The position numbers were made by a program, and so were the translations under genes. Shown one piece after another: positions 25,409 to 36,402 of a DNA stretch of 64,000 nt (position 1 is its first letter; the number at the start of each line of letters is the position of its first letter). Under the pieces are notes generated by a model, which saw only the letters and a list, made by a program, of their open reading frames with translations, made no database searches and had not been told where the DNA came from. This DNA is from Rhizomicrobium sp. (GTDB lineage: Bacteria; Pseudomonadota; Alphaproteobacteria; Micropepsales; Micropepsaceae), in contig DATJZB010000047.1 of NCBI GenBank assembly GCA_035499335.1, positions 1,730 to 65,729 of the forward strand, given 5' to 3'.

Positions 25409-27127
25409 ATGGCGATTAATCTCTACGGTGATGCGCAGCCGGGCGGCGACAGGGCGTCGCGGCGGATGTTCATTACCGTACAGGCGTCCAAGGCCGCCAT
25501 CGGCGCGGCGCTCGGCATCGCCTTCGTCGCCCTGATCGGCAAGCCGGACCTCGCGGAAAGCATCGCGCTCGCGGGTCTCCTGGCGCCGGCCGTGCTGGCG
25601 CTGCTCGCCTTCACGCGGCTGCCGCTCGCCGCGCTCGAATCGATCGGCATCGCGCTGTTCGCCGCGCTGATCGGCTATCTCGCCGCGCTCACCGGCGGCG
25701 TTCTTTCCCCGCTCGTCGTCTGGTTCGCGCTGGTTCCGGCCGAAGCCGCGCTCGCCGGTGGAAGACCAGCCGTACTGCGCGCGGCGGTCGCCGCCGCGAT
25801 CGCACTCGCTATCGTCGCCGCGATCCAGGCGATGGGTGCGCTGCCCGTCTCGCGCCTGCCGGTTCCGATCTGGGAGATCTACGCGCTGTCGGTGCTCGCC
25901 GCCGTCGTGCAGGCCGCGCTCGTCGCCGCCGCGGCGCAGGAGCGCCAGCACGCCGCCGATCTCGCCGCCGCCGAAGGCGCCGCGATGTACCGGTTCCTCG
26001 CCGATAATGCGATGGATCTCATCACCCGCCACTCGTCGGACGGCCGGATCCGCTTCGCCAGTCCCGCGGCGCAGATCATCCTCGACCGCTCGCCGGAGGA
26101 TCTCATCGGCTTGGCGCCGGCCGCCCTGGTGCATCCCGACGATCTGCGCGCCATGCAGGCGGCGTTCATGGAGGCCGCCTATTTCGCGCGCGCCGCATCG
26201 GCCGAAGTGCGGATGCGCCGGCGCGACGGTTCTTACGTCTGGGCCGAAATACGCTGCCGTCCCGCCGCGCCCGTGCGCAACGAGGCTGCGGACATCGTCG
26301 CGGTGACGCGCGACATCTCCGAACGCAAGGCGCAGGAGCGCGCGCTGATCGAGGCCCGCGACCAGGCCGAAACGGCGAGCCGCGCCAAGACCAGCTTCCT
26401 CGCCAATATGAGCCATGAGCTGCGCACGCCGCTCAACGCCATCATCGGCTTCTCCGAGGTGATGACGCACGAGATGTTCGGTCCGGTGGGCAGCCCGAAA
26501 TATCTCGAATACTCCAAGCTCATCCATGAGAGCGGCGGACATCTTCTCGAACTCATCAATGGCATCCTCGACATGTCGAAGATCGAGGCCGGCAAGTTCG
26601 AATTGTTCGAGGAAGTGTTCAACCTCGAGGACGTCGGCGGCGCCGCGCTGCGCTTCGTCAAGCTGCAGGCCGAACGCGGCGGCGTCGCGCTCAAGCTCAA
26701 CGTCGCGCCGGGCGCGCGCACCATCTTCGCCGACAAGCGCGCGATCAAGCAGGTGCTGATCAACCTCTTGACCAACGGCGTGAAATTCACCCCGCGCGGC
26801 GGCGACGTGCGCGTGCAGGCGGTGCGCGACGCCAAGGGCATCGAGATCGCGGTCACCGATTCCGGCGTCGGCATCTCGGCCGCCGACCTCGAGCGCCTCG
26901 GCAGGCCGTTCGAGCAGGTCGAGGGCGAGCATGTCCGGTCCAAGGAGGGCACGGGGCTCGGACTGGCGCTGGTGAAGGCCTTCGCGGCGATGCATGGCGG
27001 CGAGGCGGCGCTGGAATCGGTCCTCGGCGAAGGCACCACCGTGCGCGTGCGGCTGCCCTTTGCCGCCGTCGACGAGAAAGGCGAGCGCATCGCGCCCACC
27101 AACGTCATCCCGTTCCGCGCCGCCTAG
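25409..27127 (+). CDS. membrane-bound PAS sensor histidine kinase
   Basis: N-terminal polytopic hydrophobic region, a PAS domain (RMRRRDGSYVWAEIRCRP), H-box MSHELRTPLNAIIGFSEVM, and HATPase motifs (LLTNGVKFT, DSGVGI, GTGLGLALV). Confidence 0.9.
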   Translation: MAINLYGDAQPGGDRASRRMFITVQASKAAIGAALGIAFVALIGKPDLAESIALAGLLAPAVLALLAFTRLPLAALESIGIALFAALIGYLAALTGGVLSPLVVWFALVPAEAALAGGRPAVLRAAVAAAIALAIVAAIQAMGALPVSRLPVPIWEIYALSVLAAVVQAALVAAAAQERQHAADLAAAEGAAMYRFLADNAMDLITRHSSDGRIRFASPAAQIILDRSPEDLIGLAPAALVHPDDLRAMQAAFMEAAYFARAASAEVRMRRRDGSYVWAEIRCRPAAPVRNEAADIVAVTRDISERKAQERALIEARDQAETASRAKTSFLANMSHELRTPLNAIIGFSEVMTHEMFGPVGSPKYLEYSKLIHESGGHLLELINGILDMSKIEAGKFELFEEVFNLEDVGGAALRFVKLQAERGGVALKLNVAPGARTIFADKRAIKQVLINLLTNGVKFTPRGGDVRVQAVRDAKGIEIAVTDSGVGISAADLERLGRPFEQVEGEHVRSKEGTGLGLALVKAFAAMHGGEAALESVLGEGTTVRVRLPFAAVDEKGERIAPTNVIPFRAA

Positions 27128-27196
27128 GCGCCTGCGGGATGGCGCGCCGGCGCGGCCTGTGCGAGCCTTGCGGCGCAGCGCGGATACGGACCCGGC

Positions 27197-28513
27197 ATGA
27201 CGAGTGGCGCAGTGACGGTCGCGGTCGAGCAGGATGCGCCGGCCGGGCTTGCCGGCGCCGACCGCCTGCGGATCCTGACCTATCTCAGCGTCCTGATCAC
27301 ACTGATGGGATTCGGCGCGCCCTTCGGCGGGCTGATCGACGTGCCGATCAGCTTCTTCCTCAAGAACAAGCTGCACCTGGCGGCGCACGAGGTGGCGACC
27401 TTCCGGCTGGTTTCCTCGATACCGCTCTATCTCTCCATCGTCTTCGGTTTCCTGCGCGACGTCTGGAGTCCGTTCGGCATACGCGACCGCGGCTACATGA
27501 TCCTGTTCGGCTGCATCAGCGCCGCCTTCTATGTCGGCTTCGCTTTCACGACGGCGTCCTACCTGATGCTGATGGTCGCGGTGTTTCTCCTCACCGTGGC
27601 GTTCCTCTTCGTCGGCAGCGCGCAGGCGGGTCTGACCTCCGCCATCGGCCAGCAGCACGTCATGTCCGGCCAGATCAGCGCGATGTGGAACGTCTTCCAG
27701 GCAGTGCCGATCCTCGCGTCCTTCTGGGCGGGCGGCGTGCTCAGCGACGCGCTCGAAGGCCAGAACGCCGACCGGGCGGCGCGCATCCTGTTCCTGGTCG
27801 GGGCGGCGATCATGCTGGTCATCGCGCTGTTCGGCGTGTGGCGGCCGCGCGTCGTGTTCGACAACGTGCACGAGCCCAAGGGTCCGCGGCTGCATCCGAT
27901 CGCCGACCTCAAGCGGCTCGGCGGCCACTGGCCGATCTATCCCGCGCTGACGATCTACTTCATGTGGAGTTTCGCGCCAGGCTCGACCACGCCGCTGCAG
28001 TACTATCTGCAGAACACGCTGCACGGCAACGATGCGCAGTGGGGCGACTGGAACGCGATCTTCACCATCGCCTTCATCCCCACCTACATGCTGTTCGGCT
28101 ATCTCTGCCGCCGCTATCCGCTGCGCACGCTGTTGTTCTGGGGAACGGTCGTCGGCGTGCCGCAATACATTCCCTTCTTCTTCATGCACACCGCTTCGCA
28201 GGCGCTCTTTGCCGCCGCGCCGATCGGACTGATGGGCGGCGTCGCGACGGCGGCCTACACCGATCTCCTCATCCGCTCCTGTCCGCCCGGCTTGCAGGGA
28301 ACGGTGCTGATGATGTCGATCGGGCTCTATTACATCGCCGGACGTTTCGGCGACGTTCTCGGCACCTGGCTGTTCGACTATTTCGGCAGCTTCACCGTCT
28401 GCATCGTCACCATCACCGTCACCTATGCGCTGATCCTGCCGACGATCCTGCTGGTGCCGGGGGAACTCATCGCCACGGCCGACGGCGAAGTGCCGGGCGA
28501 GAAAATTGTCTGA
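27197..28513 (+). CDS. MFS transporter (BT1/folate-biopterin transporter-like)
   Basis: 438 aa with ~12 predicted TM segments. FGFLRDVWSPFGIRDRGYM resembles the BT1 family loop motif. Confidence 0.8.
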   Translation: MTSGAVTVAVEQDAPAGLAGADRLRILTYLSVLITLMGFGAPFGGLIDVPISFFLKNKLHLAAHEVATFRLVSSIPLYLSIVFGFLRDVWSPFGIRDRGYMILFGCISAAFYVGFAFTTASYLMLMVAVFLLTVAFLFVGSAQAGLTSAIGQQHVMSGQISAMWNVFQAVPILASFWAGGVLSDALEGQNADRAARILFLVGAAIMLVIALFGVWRPRVVFDNVHEPKGPRLHPIADLKRLGGHWPIYPALTIYFMWSFAPGSTTPLQYYLQNTLHGNDAQWGDWNAIFTIAFIPTYMLFGYLCRRYPLRTLLFWGTVVGVPQYIPFFFMHTASQALFAAAPIGLMGGVATAAYTDLLIRSCPPGLQGTVLMMSIGLYYIAGRFGDVLGTWLFDYFGSFTVCIVTITVTYALILPTILLVPGELIATADGEVPGEKIV

Positions 28514-28540
28514 CCGCCCCGCCGCGTGGCAAGCTGGGAC

Positions 28541-28876
28541 ATGACCGCCCGTCTCAAATCCGGAATCTTCGTCCGCGCGCTCATCCGCCGCGCGGAAGTC
28601 GCGGGCGCACAGGCCTATGTCGTGCGCAAGGGATCCGAGGAGGCGGGCGCGATCTTCATCAAGATCGCCCGTCTCGACGGTACCTGCACCGTGCTCAACC
28701 AGACGCGCGACGCCCAGGGCCAACCCGCCTGGGCCCGTCCGCTGGGTGAAACCGTGGACGAGACCAGGGCCGGCGCCTATTTCGAGCGCCAGATCAAGTT
28801 CGATCCCGATCTGTGGATCGTCGAGATCGAAGATCGCGAAGGCCGCAGCTTTCTCGACGAGCCGATCCTGCCGTGA
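28541..28876 (+). CDS. DUF1491 family protein
   Basis: MTARLKSGIFVRALIRRAEVAGAQAYVVRKGSEEAGAIFIKIARLDGT, the characteristic DUF1491-like N-terminus. Confidence 0.8.
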   Translation: MTARLKSGIFVRALIRRAEVAGAQAYVVRKGSEEAGAIFIKIARLDGTCTVLNQTRDAQGQPAWARPLGETVDETRAGAYFERQIKFDPDLWIVEIEDREGRSFLDEPILP

Positions 28877-28969
28877 ACGTCGCACCGGTCACAGAGAAGA
28901 AGGGCGAATCCCGCCTTAGGGTGCTGGAGTGAACTTGCCCGGCCGCCGCCCGCTTGGTACGTCGGCGAA

Positions 28970-29602
28970 ATGACCAACCTCTACAACCTGATCGCCGGAC
29001 GCAGCACGGACCGCCTGGCGGCGCTGAGCGACGGCGTGTTCGCCTTCGCCATGACCGTGCTCGCCCTCGACCTGCACGTGCCGGCCGCCTTCACCATCGC
29101 GGGCGAAAAGGGCCTCCAGCACGCGCTGCTCGCGCTGGCGCCGCGGCTGCTCACCTATCTGATGAGCTTTCTCACGCTCGGCATCTTCTGGGTCGGGCAG
29201 AACACCCAGCACGACATGCTCAGGAACACCGACCGCGGCTATTCCTGGATCCACATAGCCTTTCTCATGGCGGTCACGCTGGTGCCGTTCTCGACGTCGC
29301 TGCTCGCCGAGTTCATCACCTACCGGACGGCCCTGTTCGTCTACTGGTTCAACGTCGCCTTTCTCGGCGGGACGCTGCTCGGCGGCTGGTATCATGCGCG
29401 CGCGCACGGACTGGTGCGCCCCGATGCGCCGCCGGGAACGCACGGCGCCATCGTCCGCCGCGTCGTCCTCGCCCAGTTCCTCTATGCGGCGGCCGCGGCG
29501 CTGTGCGTCTTCTCCAATTACTGGAGCATCGGGCTGATCGTCGCGATCCAGCTGCAATATGCCGTCGGCCTGCGCTTCCGGCCGTTCAGTTGGATCGGAT
29601 GA
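28970..29602 (+). CDS. TMEM175/DUF1211 family potassium channel homologue
   Basis: Signature RLAALSDGVFAFAMTVLALDL (RxxxFSDGVFAxxxTLL-type helix 1) and six predicted TM helices. Confidence 0.85.
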   Translation: MTNLYNLIAGRSTDRLAALSDGVFAFAMTVLALDLHVPAAFTIAGEKGLQHALLALAPRLLTYLMSFLTLGIFWVGQNTQHDMLRNTDRGYSWIHIAFLMAVTLVPFSTSLLAEFITYRTALFVYWFNVAFLGGTLLGGWYHARAHGLVRPDAPPGTHGAIVRRVVLAQFLYAAAAALCVFSNYWSIGLIVAIQLQYAVGLRFRPFSWIG

Positions 29603-30765
29603 GCGGCGCGCTCGAAGTCTTTCTCGTTTTCCTGCGCCTGGGCGCGACGAGTTTCGGCGGCCCGGTCGCCCATCTGGGCTATTTCCGCAAGGAGTTCGTC
29701 GAGCGCCGCCGCTGGCTGGACGAACCGGCCTATGCGGGCATCGTCGGCCTCTGCCAGTTCCTACCCGGACCGGCGAGCAGCCAGGTCGGCATGGCGCTCG
29801 GGCTGATGCGCGCGGGGCTCGCCGGCGCGATTGCGGCCTTCGTCGGATTCACCGCGCCGTCCGCTTTGCTGATGACGGCCTTCGCCTACCTGATGACGTC
29901 GCTCGGCGACGTCGCGCAGGCGCCCTGGATCCACGGCCTGAAACTCGCCGCCGTCGCGGTGGTGGCCCAGGCCTTGTGGAGCATGGCGCGCAGCCTGACG
30001 CCGGACGTGCCGCGCATCGGCCTGGCGCTTGCGGCCGCCGCGATCGCGTTGCTCCTGCCGTCCTCCGTCGGACAACTTTGCGCCATCGCGCTCGGCGGCG
30101 TCGCCGGCTGGCTCCTATTGGGAAGCGAGGGCGCGCCGATGCCGGAACTGTCGCTGCCCGTCGGCCGCACGCTGTCGGCCGTTTCGCTCGCGCTCTTCTT
30201 CCTGCTGCTGGTCGCGCTGCCTTTCGCGGCGCGCGCCGGCCATGCGCTGGCGCTGGTCGACGGCTTTTACCGCACGGGCGCGCTGGTGTTCGGCGGCGGC
30301 CATGTCGTCCTGCCGCTGCTGCAAAAGGCGACGGCGGGCTGGATCGACCCGGCGCATTTTCTGGCCGGCTACGGCGCGGCGCAGGCCGTGCCCGGGCCGC
30401 TGTTTTCCTTCGCCGCCTTTCTCGGCGCGGCGATGAAGCAGCAGCCGAACGGCTGGAGCGGCGCGCTGCTCTGCCTGCTCTCGATCTACCTGCCGTCGTT
30501 CCTTCTGGTGATCGGCGCGCTGCCCGCCTGGCACGCGGCGCAGCGCCATCCGGCGATGCGCGCGGCGCTCAAGGGCGTCAACGCGGCGGTGGTCGGACTG
30601 CTGCTGGCGGCGCTCTACACGCCGGTGTGGACGAGCGCGATCTTCGGCCTCGCCGATGTCGCGATCGCCGCGGCGGCGCTGGCGCTGCTGTTCACCGGCA
30701 AGGTTCCGTCCTGGGCCGTAGTCGCGTTCGGCGCGGCGGCGGCGACGGCGGTATCGTTCGCCTAG
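29599..30765 (+). CDS. chrA: chromate ion transporter (CHR family)
   Basis: In-frame part of track ORF 28954..30765, starting MSGALEVFLVFLRLGATSFGGPVAHLGYF. The second half repeats the motif (GALVFGGGHVVLPLL). The ATG overlaps the upstream TGA (ATGA at 29599-29602). Confidence 0.9.
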   Translation: MSGALEVFLVFLRLGATSFGGPVAHLGYFRKEFVERRRWLDEPAYAGIVGLCQFLPGPASSQVGMALGLMRAGLAGAIAAFVGFTAPSALLMTAFAYLMTSLGDVAQAPWIHGLKLAAVAVVAQALWSMARSLTPDVPRIGLALAAAAIALLLPSSVGQLCAIALGGVAGWLLLGSEGAPMPELSLPVGRTLSAVSLALFFLLLVALPFAARAGHALALVDGFYRTGALVFGGGHVVLPLLQKATAGWIDPAHFLAGYGAAQAVPGPLFSFAAFLGAAMKQQPNGWSGALLCLLSIYLPSFLLVIGALPAWHAAQRHPAMRAALKGVNAAVVGLLLAALYTPVWTSAIFGLADVAIAAAALALLFTGKVPSWAVVAFGAAAATAVSFA

Positions 30766-30774
30766 GCGGACGCG

Positions 30775-30921
30775 TCAGCGGATCAGAGAGAGCAGCGTCA
30801 GGAACGTGCTGGCGACCAGCGCCATCGCGATGCGTTCGCCGAGGCTCCAGCGTTGCCAGTCGCGCTGCAAATCGCGCAGGCCGGACGGGCGGGCTTGTTG
30901 GCTGTTGTCTGCGAGCGACAT
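30775..30921 (-). CDS. small tail-anchored hypothetical protein (48 aa)
   Basis: Track ORF 30775..31005 trimmed to MSLADNSQQARPSGL...IAMALVASTFLTLLSLIR, with GAGGGGG 6 nt upstream. Confidence 0.4.
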   Translation of the reverse strand: MSLADNSQQARPSGLRDLQRDWQRWSLGERIAMALVASTFLTLLSLIR

Positions 30922-31076
30922 CTGGGACCCCCTCAATTCGACGACGCGGGCGAGTGTCTGCGCGCGCGGCCGCCGTCTCAATCTCGGGATGATGCTTACG
31001 GGCAATTGCCTAAAATGCCGCTAAGCGGAACGCGACAATTGTCGCCGTGGCGCCGTGCAGCGCCGCTGCGATCCCG

Positions 31077-31517
31077 CTAGACCAGTGGTTTGCGGAAGTA
31101 CACGACGCTGTCGGTTTCCTCGAAGCCGAGCGCGGCATGCGTCTGCAAACCCTCGCGATTTCCGGCGAGCACGTCGGAGGCGAGCTCGCTGCAGCCCTGC
31201 GAAAGGGCCCAGCGCTCGACCGCGCGTACGAGCAGCCTGGCGACGCCCTGGCGGCGCCAGCGCGGCTCGACATGCAGGCCTTCCAGGAATCCCACGGGAG
31301 ACGTGCTGCAGCCATTGACATAGTCGCGGCGCAGCGACGCTTCGGCGAAGCCCGCGACGCTTCCGTCCGGCGCATAGGCGAGAAAGCACGCGGCGCCCTT
31401 TTTGCCGAGCGCGGCGATGTCGGCGCGGTGTTCGTCGTCCGAACCTTCCGGCCAAAGGGTGCGCCGCTGCGCCAGCCAGTCCCGCGCCTCGGTCTCTCCG
31501 GCCCTCACGATCCGCAT
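31077..31517 (-). CDS. GNAT acetyltransferase, aminoglycoside 6'-N-acetyltransferase AAC(6')-I-like
   Basis: LRRDYVNGCSTSPVGFLEGLHVEPRWRRQGVARLL...ELASDVLAGN...GFEETDSVVYFRKPL resembles AAC(6')-I family sequences as I remember them. Confidence 0.8.
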   Translation of the reverse strand: MRIVRAGETEARDWLAQRRTLWPEGSDDEHRADIAALGKKGAACFLAYAPDGSVAGFAEASLRRDYVNGCSTSPVGFLEGLHVEPRWRRQGVARLLVRAVERWALSQGCSELASDVLAGNREGLQTHAALGFEETDSVVYFRKPLV

Positions 31518-31611
31518 GCTCGCCCCCGCTGGTGCGCGCGATCATACGGCATCCGCCGGCGGGGCGAAGAGCATTGCGCGCCGGACTTTCGCCTGCTACG
31601 CCCGCCGCGCC

Positions 31612-33183
<1,572 letters not shown>

Positions 33184-33849
33184 TCAGGCCGCTGCTTCGT
33201 GACGGTCCGGCGCGGTGTCGAGCCGCCCGCGCCAGACCGCCAGCAGGCGCGCGGCGCCGTTCTGGGGCACGCGGTCGAAGACGGACAGCAGGGCGAAATT
33301 CTCCTGCGCGGCGCGCGCCGGTCCCGCCAGCACGGCGAGCGCGGAGAAGGTGGCGCGGTTGACGCCCGCGCCGCGGCAGACGACGGCGAGCGCGCGCCCG
33401 CTTTCGTCCTTCAGGATCTCGCGCGCCGTTTCCAGCGGGATGGCGGCGTGACGCGCCAGCGCCGCGGCGAAATCGCCGCGCGCACGGGCGGCCGAAAGGA
33501 GCGAGTCATGGTCGATGCGGGCGAACACCGCGCCGCTGCCTTCGTCGTTGCGCGCGAGGATCGCGTCCTTCATCGCCGCGGGCGCGGCGAGAAAAAACTC
33601 GTTGAGCAGGGTGAGCGGCGTCTCGTTGCGCCCTTCGAAGCGGGCGGCGAGGGCGGCGCGCGCCGCGAAGTCCATTTCACGCGCGATCTTTTCCAGCAGC
33701 GCCTCGAAGGTGACTCGCATCGCGCCCGGATATTGCGCCGGCCAGTCGAGCAGCAGATCGGAGATTTCTTCCGCCAGCGCCGCGCGCTGCTCCGGACCGT
33801 TGGCGGCCAGTTCAAGCAGATGGCTGAGGCGTTCCTTCGACGTCGGCAT
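33184..33849 (-). CDS. DUF2336-like hypothetical protein
   Basis: Ala/Leu-rich helical 221-aa protein. Stop-to-stop with prfC. The family assignment is tentative. Confidence 0.65.
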   Translation of the reverse strand: MPTSKERLSHLLELAANGPEQRAALAEEISDLLLDWPAQYPGAMRVTFEALLEKIAREMDFAARAALAARFEGRNETPLTLLNEFFLAAPAAMKDAILARNDEGSGAVFARIDHDSLLSAARARGDFAAALARHAAIPLETAREILKDESGRALAVVCRGAGVNRATFSALAVLAGPARAAQENFALLSVFDRVPQNGAARLLAVWRGRLDTAPDRHEAAA

Positions 33850-33915
33850 GGGCGGTCCCGGCTTTGACGGGAACGCTAGCAGCCAGACATTAATGTCGCG
33901 TTGTGGCGCCGGTTC

Positions 33916-34893
33916 CTAACGCCCGCTTAACGCGGCCGGATTGACGACGTTGATCGGCGCGCCCGCGGCGAAGGCCGCGACCTGGTCGAAAATGTCGCTG
34001 AACTGCAGCTCGTACTCGTCGCGCGTGACGTAGCCGATATGCGGCGTGGCGACGACGTTGGGCAGCGCCAGCAGCGGATCGGACGGATCGCGCAAAGGTT
34101 CTTCCTCGAAGACGTCGACCGCCGCCATGCCGGGACGCCCGGCGCGCAGCGCGGCGAGCAGCGCGCCCGCCTCGATCAGCGGCGCGCGGCTGGTGTTGAC
34201 GATCAGCGCGGTCGGCTTCATCCGGGCGAGGTCCGCGGCGGCGACGATTCCGCGCGTCGCCGGCACCAGCCGCATGTGGAGCGAGAGCACGTCGCTGCGC
34301 GCGAAGAATTCTTCCTTGCCTGAAGCCGCCGCGTGGCCGTCCGCGACGGCGCGCGCCAGCGAGTCGGGACGCGCCCAGACGATCACAGGCATGCCGAACG
34401 CCCGGCCGTAGCCGGCGACGACGCTGCCGATGCGGCCGTAGCCGAAGATGCCGAGCGTCTTGCCGCGCAGCGTGTGGCCGACGCCGGTCTGCCAGTTTCC
34501 CTTCTGCAGCGAAGCCATCTGTTGGGGAATCTGGCGCATCGCGGCCAGGATCAGCGCGAAGGTGAGTTCGGCGGCGGCATAGGACGGCGTGTCGGCATGC
34601 AGGTTCGAGCAGACGACGATGCCGGCGCGCGTGCAGGCGTCGACGTCGATGTGCGGATAGACGCTGCGCTGGCTGATCAGCCGCAGCTTCGGCAGCCGCG
34701 CGATCAGCGGCGCGCGGATCTGCGTGCGTTCGCGGATCAGCACCAGCGCCTCGGCGTCCTTCAGCCGCTCGGCCAGCGCTTCGGTGTCCTGCAGATGATC
34801 GTTCCAGACGGCGACGTCGTGGCCGTCGAGTTTCCTGAAACAGTCGAGCGTGCGCAGCGTGTCGAAATAGTCGTCGAGTATCGCGACCTTCAT
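33916..34893 (-). CDS. D-isomer-specific 2-hydroxyacid dehydrogenase (NAD-binding)
   Basis: Trimmed to [13 protein letters not shown].... [17 protein letters not shown] Rossmann motif. Catalytic region NTSRAPLIE...ATPHIGY. Confidence 0.9.
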   Translation of the reverse strand: MKVAILDDYFDTLRTLDCFRKLDGHDVAVWNDHLQDTEALAERLKDAEALVLIRERTQIRAPLIARLPKLRLISQRSVYPHIDVDACTRAGIVVCSNLHADTPSYAAAELTFALILAAMRQIPQQMASLQKGNWQTGVGHTLRGKTLGIFGYGRIGSVVAGYGRAFGMPVIVWARPDSLARAVADGHAAASGKEEFFARSDVLSLHMRLVPATRGIVAAADLARMKPTALIVNTSRAPLIEAGALLAALRAGRPGMAAVDVFEEEPLRDPSDPLLALPNVVATPHIGYVTRDEYELQFSDIFDQVAAFAAGAPINVVNPAALSGR

Positions 34894-35117
34894 TGCGCCC
34901 GGCGCTCGAGCAGCGCGCGGCCTTTCGCCGTGATCGCGACGACCGGCGCGCCGGCGCGGACGATGCGCGTTACGAGGCCTCTCTCGTTGGCTTCTTCCCA
35001 CACGGGCAGGCGCGGGCAGGAGGTGCGCCAGGCGTCCATCACCTCGACATAGTCGCGCTCGCCGCCCGCCACGAATTCCAGGAGATCCAGGATCAGCGGT
35101 TCGACGGCGTCGCTCAT
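34890..35117 (-). CDS. small conserved-looking hypothetical protein (75 aa)
   Basis: GAAGGA 7 nt upstream. The stop overlaps the dehydrogenase ATG (ATGA at 34890-34893). Starts 12 nt after the ODC stop. Confidence 0.65.
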   Translation of the reverse strand: MSDAVEPLILDLLEFVAGGERDYVEVMDAWRTSCPRLPVWEEANERGLVTRIVRAGAPVVAITAKGRALLERRAQ

Positions 35118-35129
35118 CGTCGGGTCCTT

Positions 35130-36299
35130 CTAGTTGCCGATCATCGCCCAGGTGTCGGGATAGAAGCCGTTGAAGGTCGTGCGCACGGCGACCGAATAGG
35201 CGCCCATCGCGTCGAAGACGATGAAATCGTTGGGCGCGATGTTGGCAGGCAGCATGATCGGGCGCGGCAGCACGTCGAGCGTGTCGCAGGTCGGGCCGTA
35301 GACGCGGAACGGCAGCGTGGCGCCCGGCAGCGGCAGCGCGCGGCCCTTGGCGTCGAGGGTGAAGACGCGCACCGGATAATCGGCATTCCAGCCCGGCAGG
35401 GTCAGTTCGTCGAAGCTGCCATAGACGCCGTCATTGATGTAGAGCCGGTCGCCCTTGCGCAGGATGACCTGGGTGACGAGCGAGACGCCTTCGGCGATCA
35501 GCGCCCTTCCGGGTTCGCAGATCACCGGGATCTTCGGATTGTCCAGCGTTTCGAGCGCTTCCTTGATGGTGTCGAAATACCAGTGATAGGGCGGGACGTC
35601 GTCGCCCATATAGGGTCCGGGAAAGCCGCCGCCGATGTCGAGCGCGGCGATCTCGACCTTGGCGAGCGCGGCGGTGCGGCGCGCCATCTCGATCGCCTGC
35701 GCGTAGGAGAAGGGCGAGAGGCACTGGCTGCCGACATGGAAGGTGATGCAGGGCTGGGCGCCCGATTCGGCGACGCGCTTGAGCAGTTTTGCGGCGTCGG
35801 CGGGCGGCGTGCCGAACTTGCTGGACAATTCCAGCACGGCGCCGCCGAGCGGCGTGGCGATGCGCACGAAGATGCGCAGTTTCTTCGGCTGCCTGGTTTC
35901 GGCGAGCAGCTTGTCGAGCTCATAGTCGCAGTCGACCACATAGTCCAACACGCCGTACTTCTCGAACGCGGTCTTGGCCGCGCCGACCGCACGCACCGGC
36001 GACATGAAGTGGCAGTGCGCGTCGGGAAAGCGGCTCTTGACGATCTCGATCTCGGGAACCGAAGCGGTGTCGAAATGCCGGATGCCGGCCGCCCACACCT
36101 GCTCGAGCACCTGCGGCGCCGGATTGGCCTTGATCGCGAAGAGCGCATCGCCCGGAAAGCCGTCGAGGAAACGCCTGGCCGCGACCGCGAACTTCTCGGG
36201 GAAGATGCAATAGACCGGCTCGCCCGGCTTCATCGTCGCGATGGCTTTTTCGATGGAGGCGAAGCGCGGAATCGCGTCGATGCGCGTGGGTGCGTTCAT
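35130..36299 (-). CDS. type III PLP-dependent ornithine/lysine decarboxylase
   Basis: [11 protein letters not shown] (PLP Lys), LDIGGGFPG and EPGRALIAE motifs. Trimmed to [13 protein letters not shown]. Confidence 0.92.
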   Translation of the reverse strand: MNAPTRIDAIPRFASIEKAIATMKPGEPVYCIFPEKFAVAARRFLDGFPGDALFAIKANPAPQVLEQVWAAGIRHFDTASVPEIEIVKSRFPDAHCHFMSPVRAVGAAKTAFEKYGVLDYVVDCDYELDKLLAETRQPKKLRIFVRIATPLGGAVLELSSKFGTPPADAAKLLKRVAESGAQPCITFHVGSQCLSPFSYAQAIEMARRTAALAKVEIAALDIGGGFPGPYMGDDVPPYHWYFDTIKEALETLDNPKIPVICEPGRALIAEGVSLVTQVILRKGDRLYINDGVYGSFDELTLPGWNADYPVRVFTLDAKGRALPLPGATLPFRVYGPTCDTLDVLPRPIMLPANIAPNDFIVFDAMGAYSVAVRTTFNGFYPDTWAMIGN

Positions 36300-36402
36300 G
36301 CGAAAACAGCCCGGACAAGTGTCGGCGTCTCTTTGGGGCAAAGGGACCGGAGGGTCAAGCGCGACGAAGGGCCCGGAACCGTCACAATCCGATTTTTCGC
36401 GT

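Noticed and set aside
25327-25420. CtrA-box-like TTAA motifs between and at the start of the divergent kinases (TTAACGAACGAAGTT, TTAAGTTAAG, TTAATGGCGATTAAT)
   Set aside because: None has the TTAA-N7-TTAAC geometry; the spacings are N6 or irregular. I mention only the 7-bp inverted repeat in the kinase finding.
25406-28885. A 1159-aa ORF on the minus strand spanning three plus-strand genes
   Set aside because: It is antisense to a clear histidine kinase, an MFS transporter and a DUF1491 gene. Its composition is Arg/Gly/Ala/Asp-rich low complexity, typical of stop-free shadow frames in high-GC DNA, and it has no recognisable motifs.
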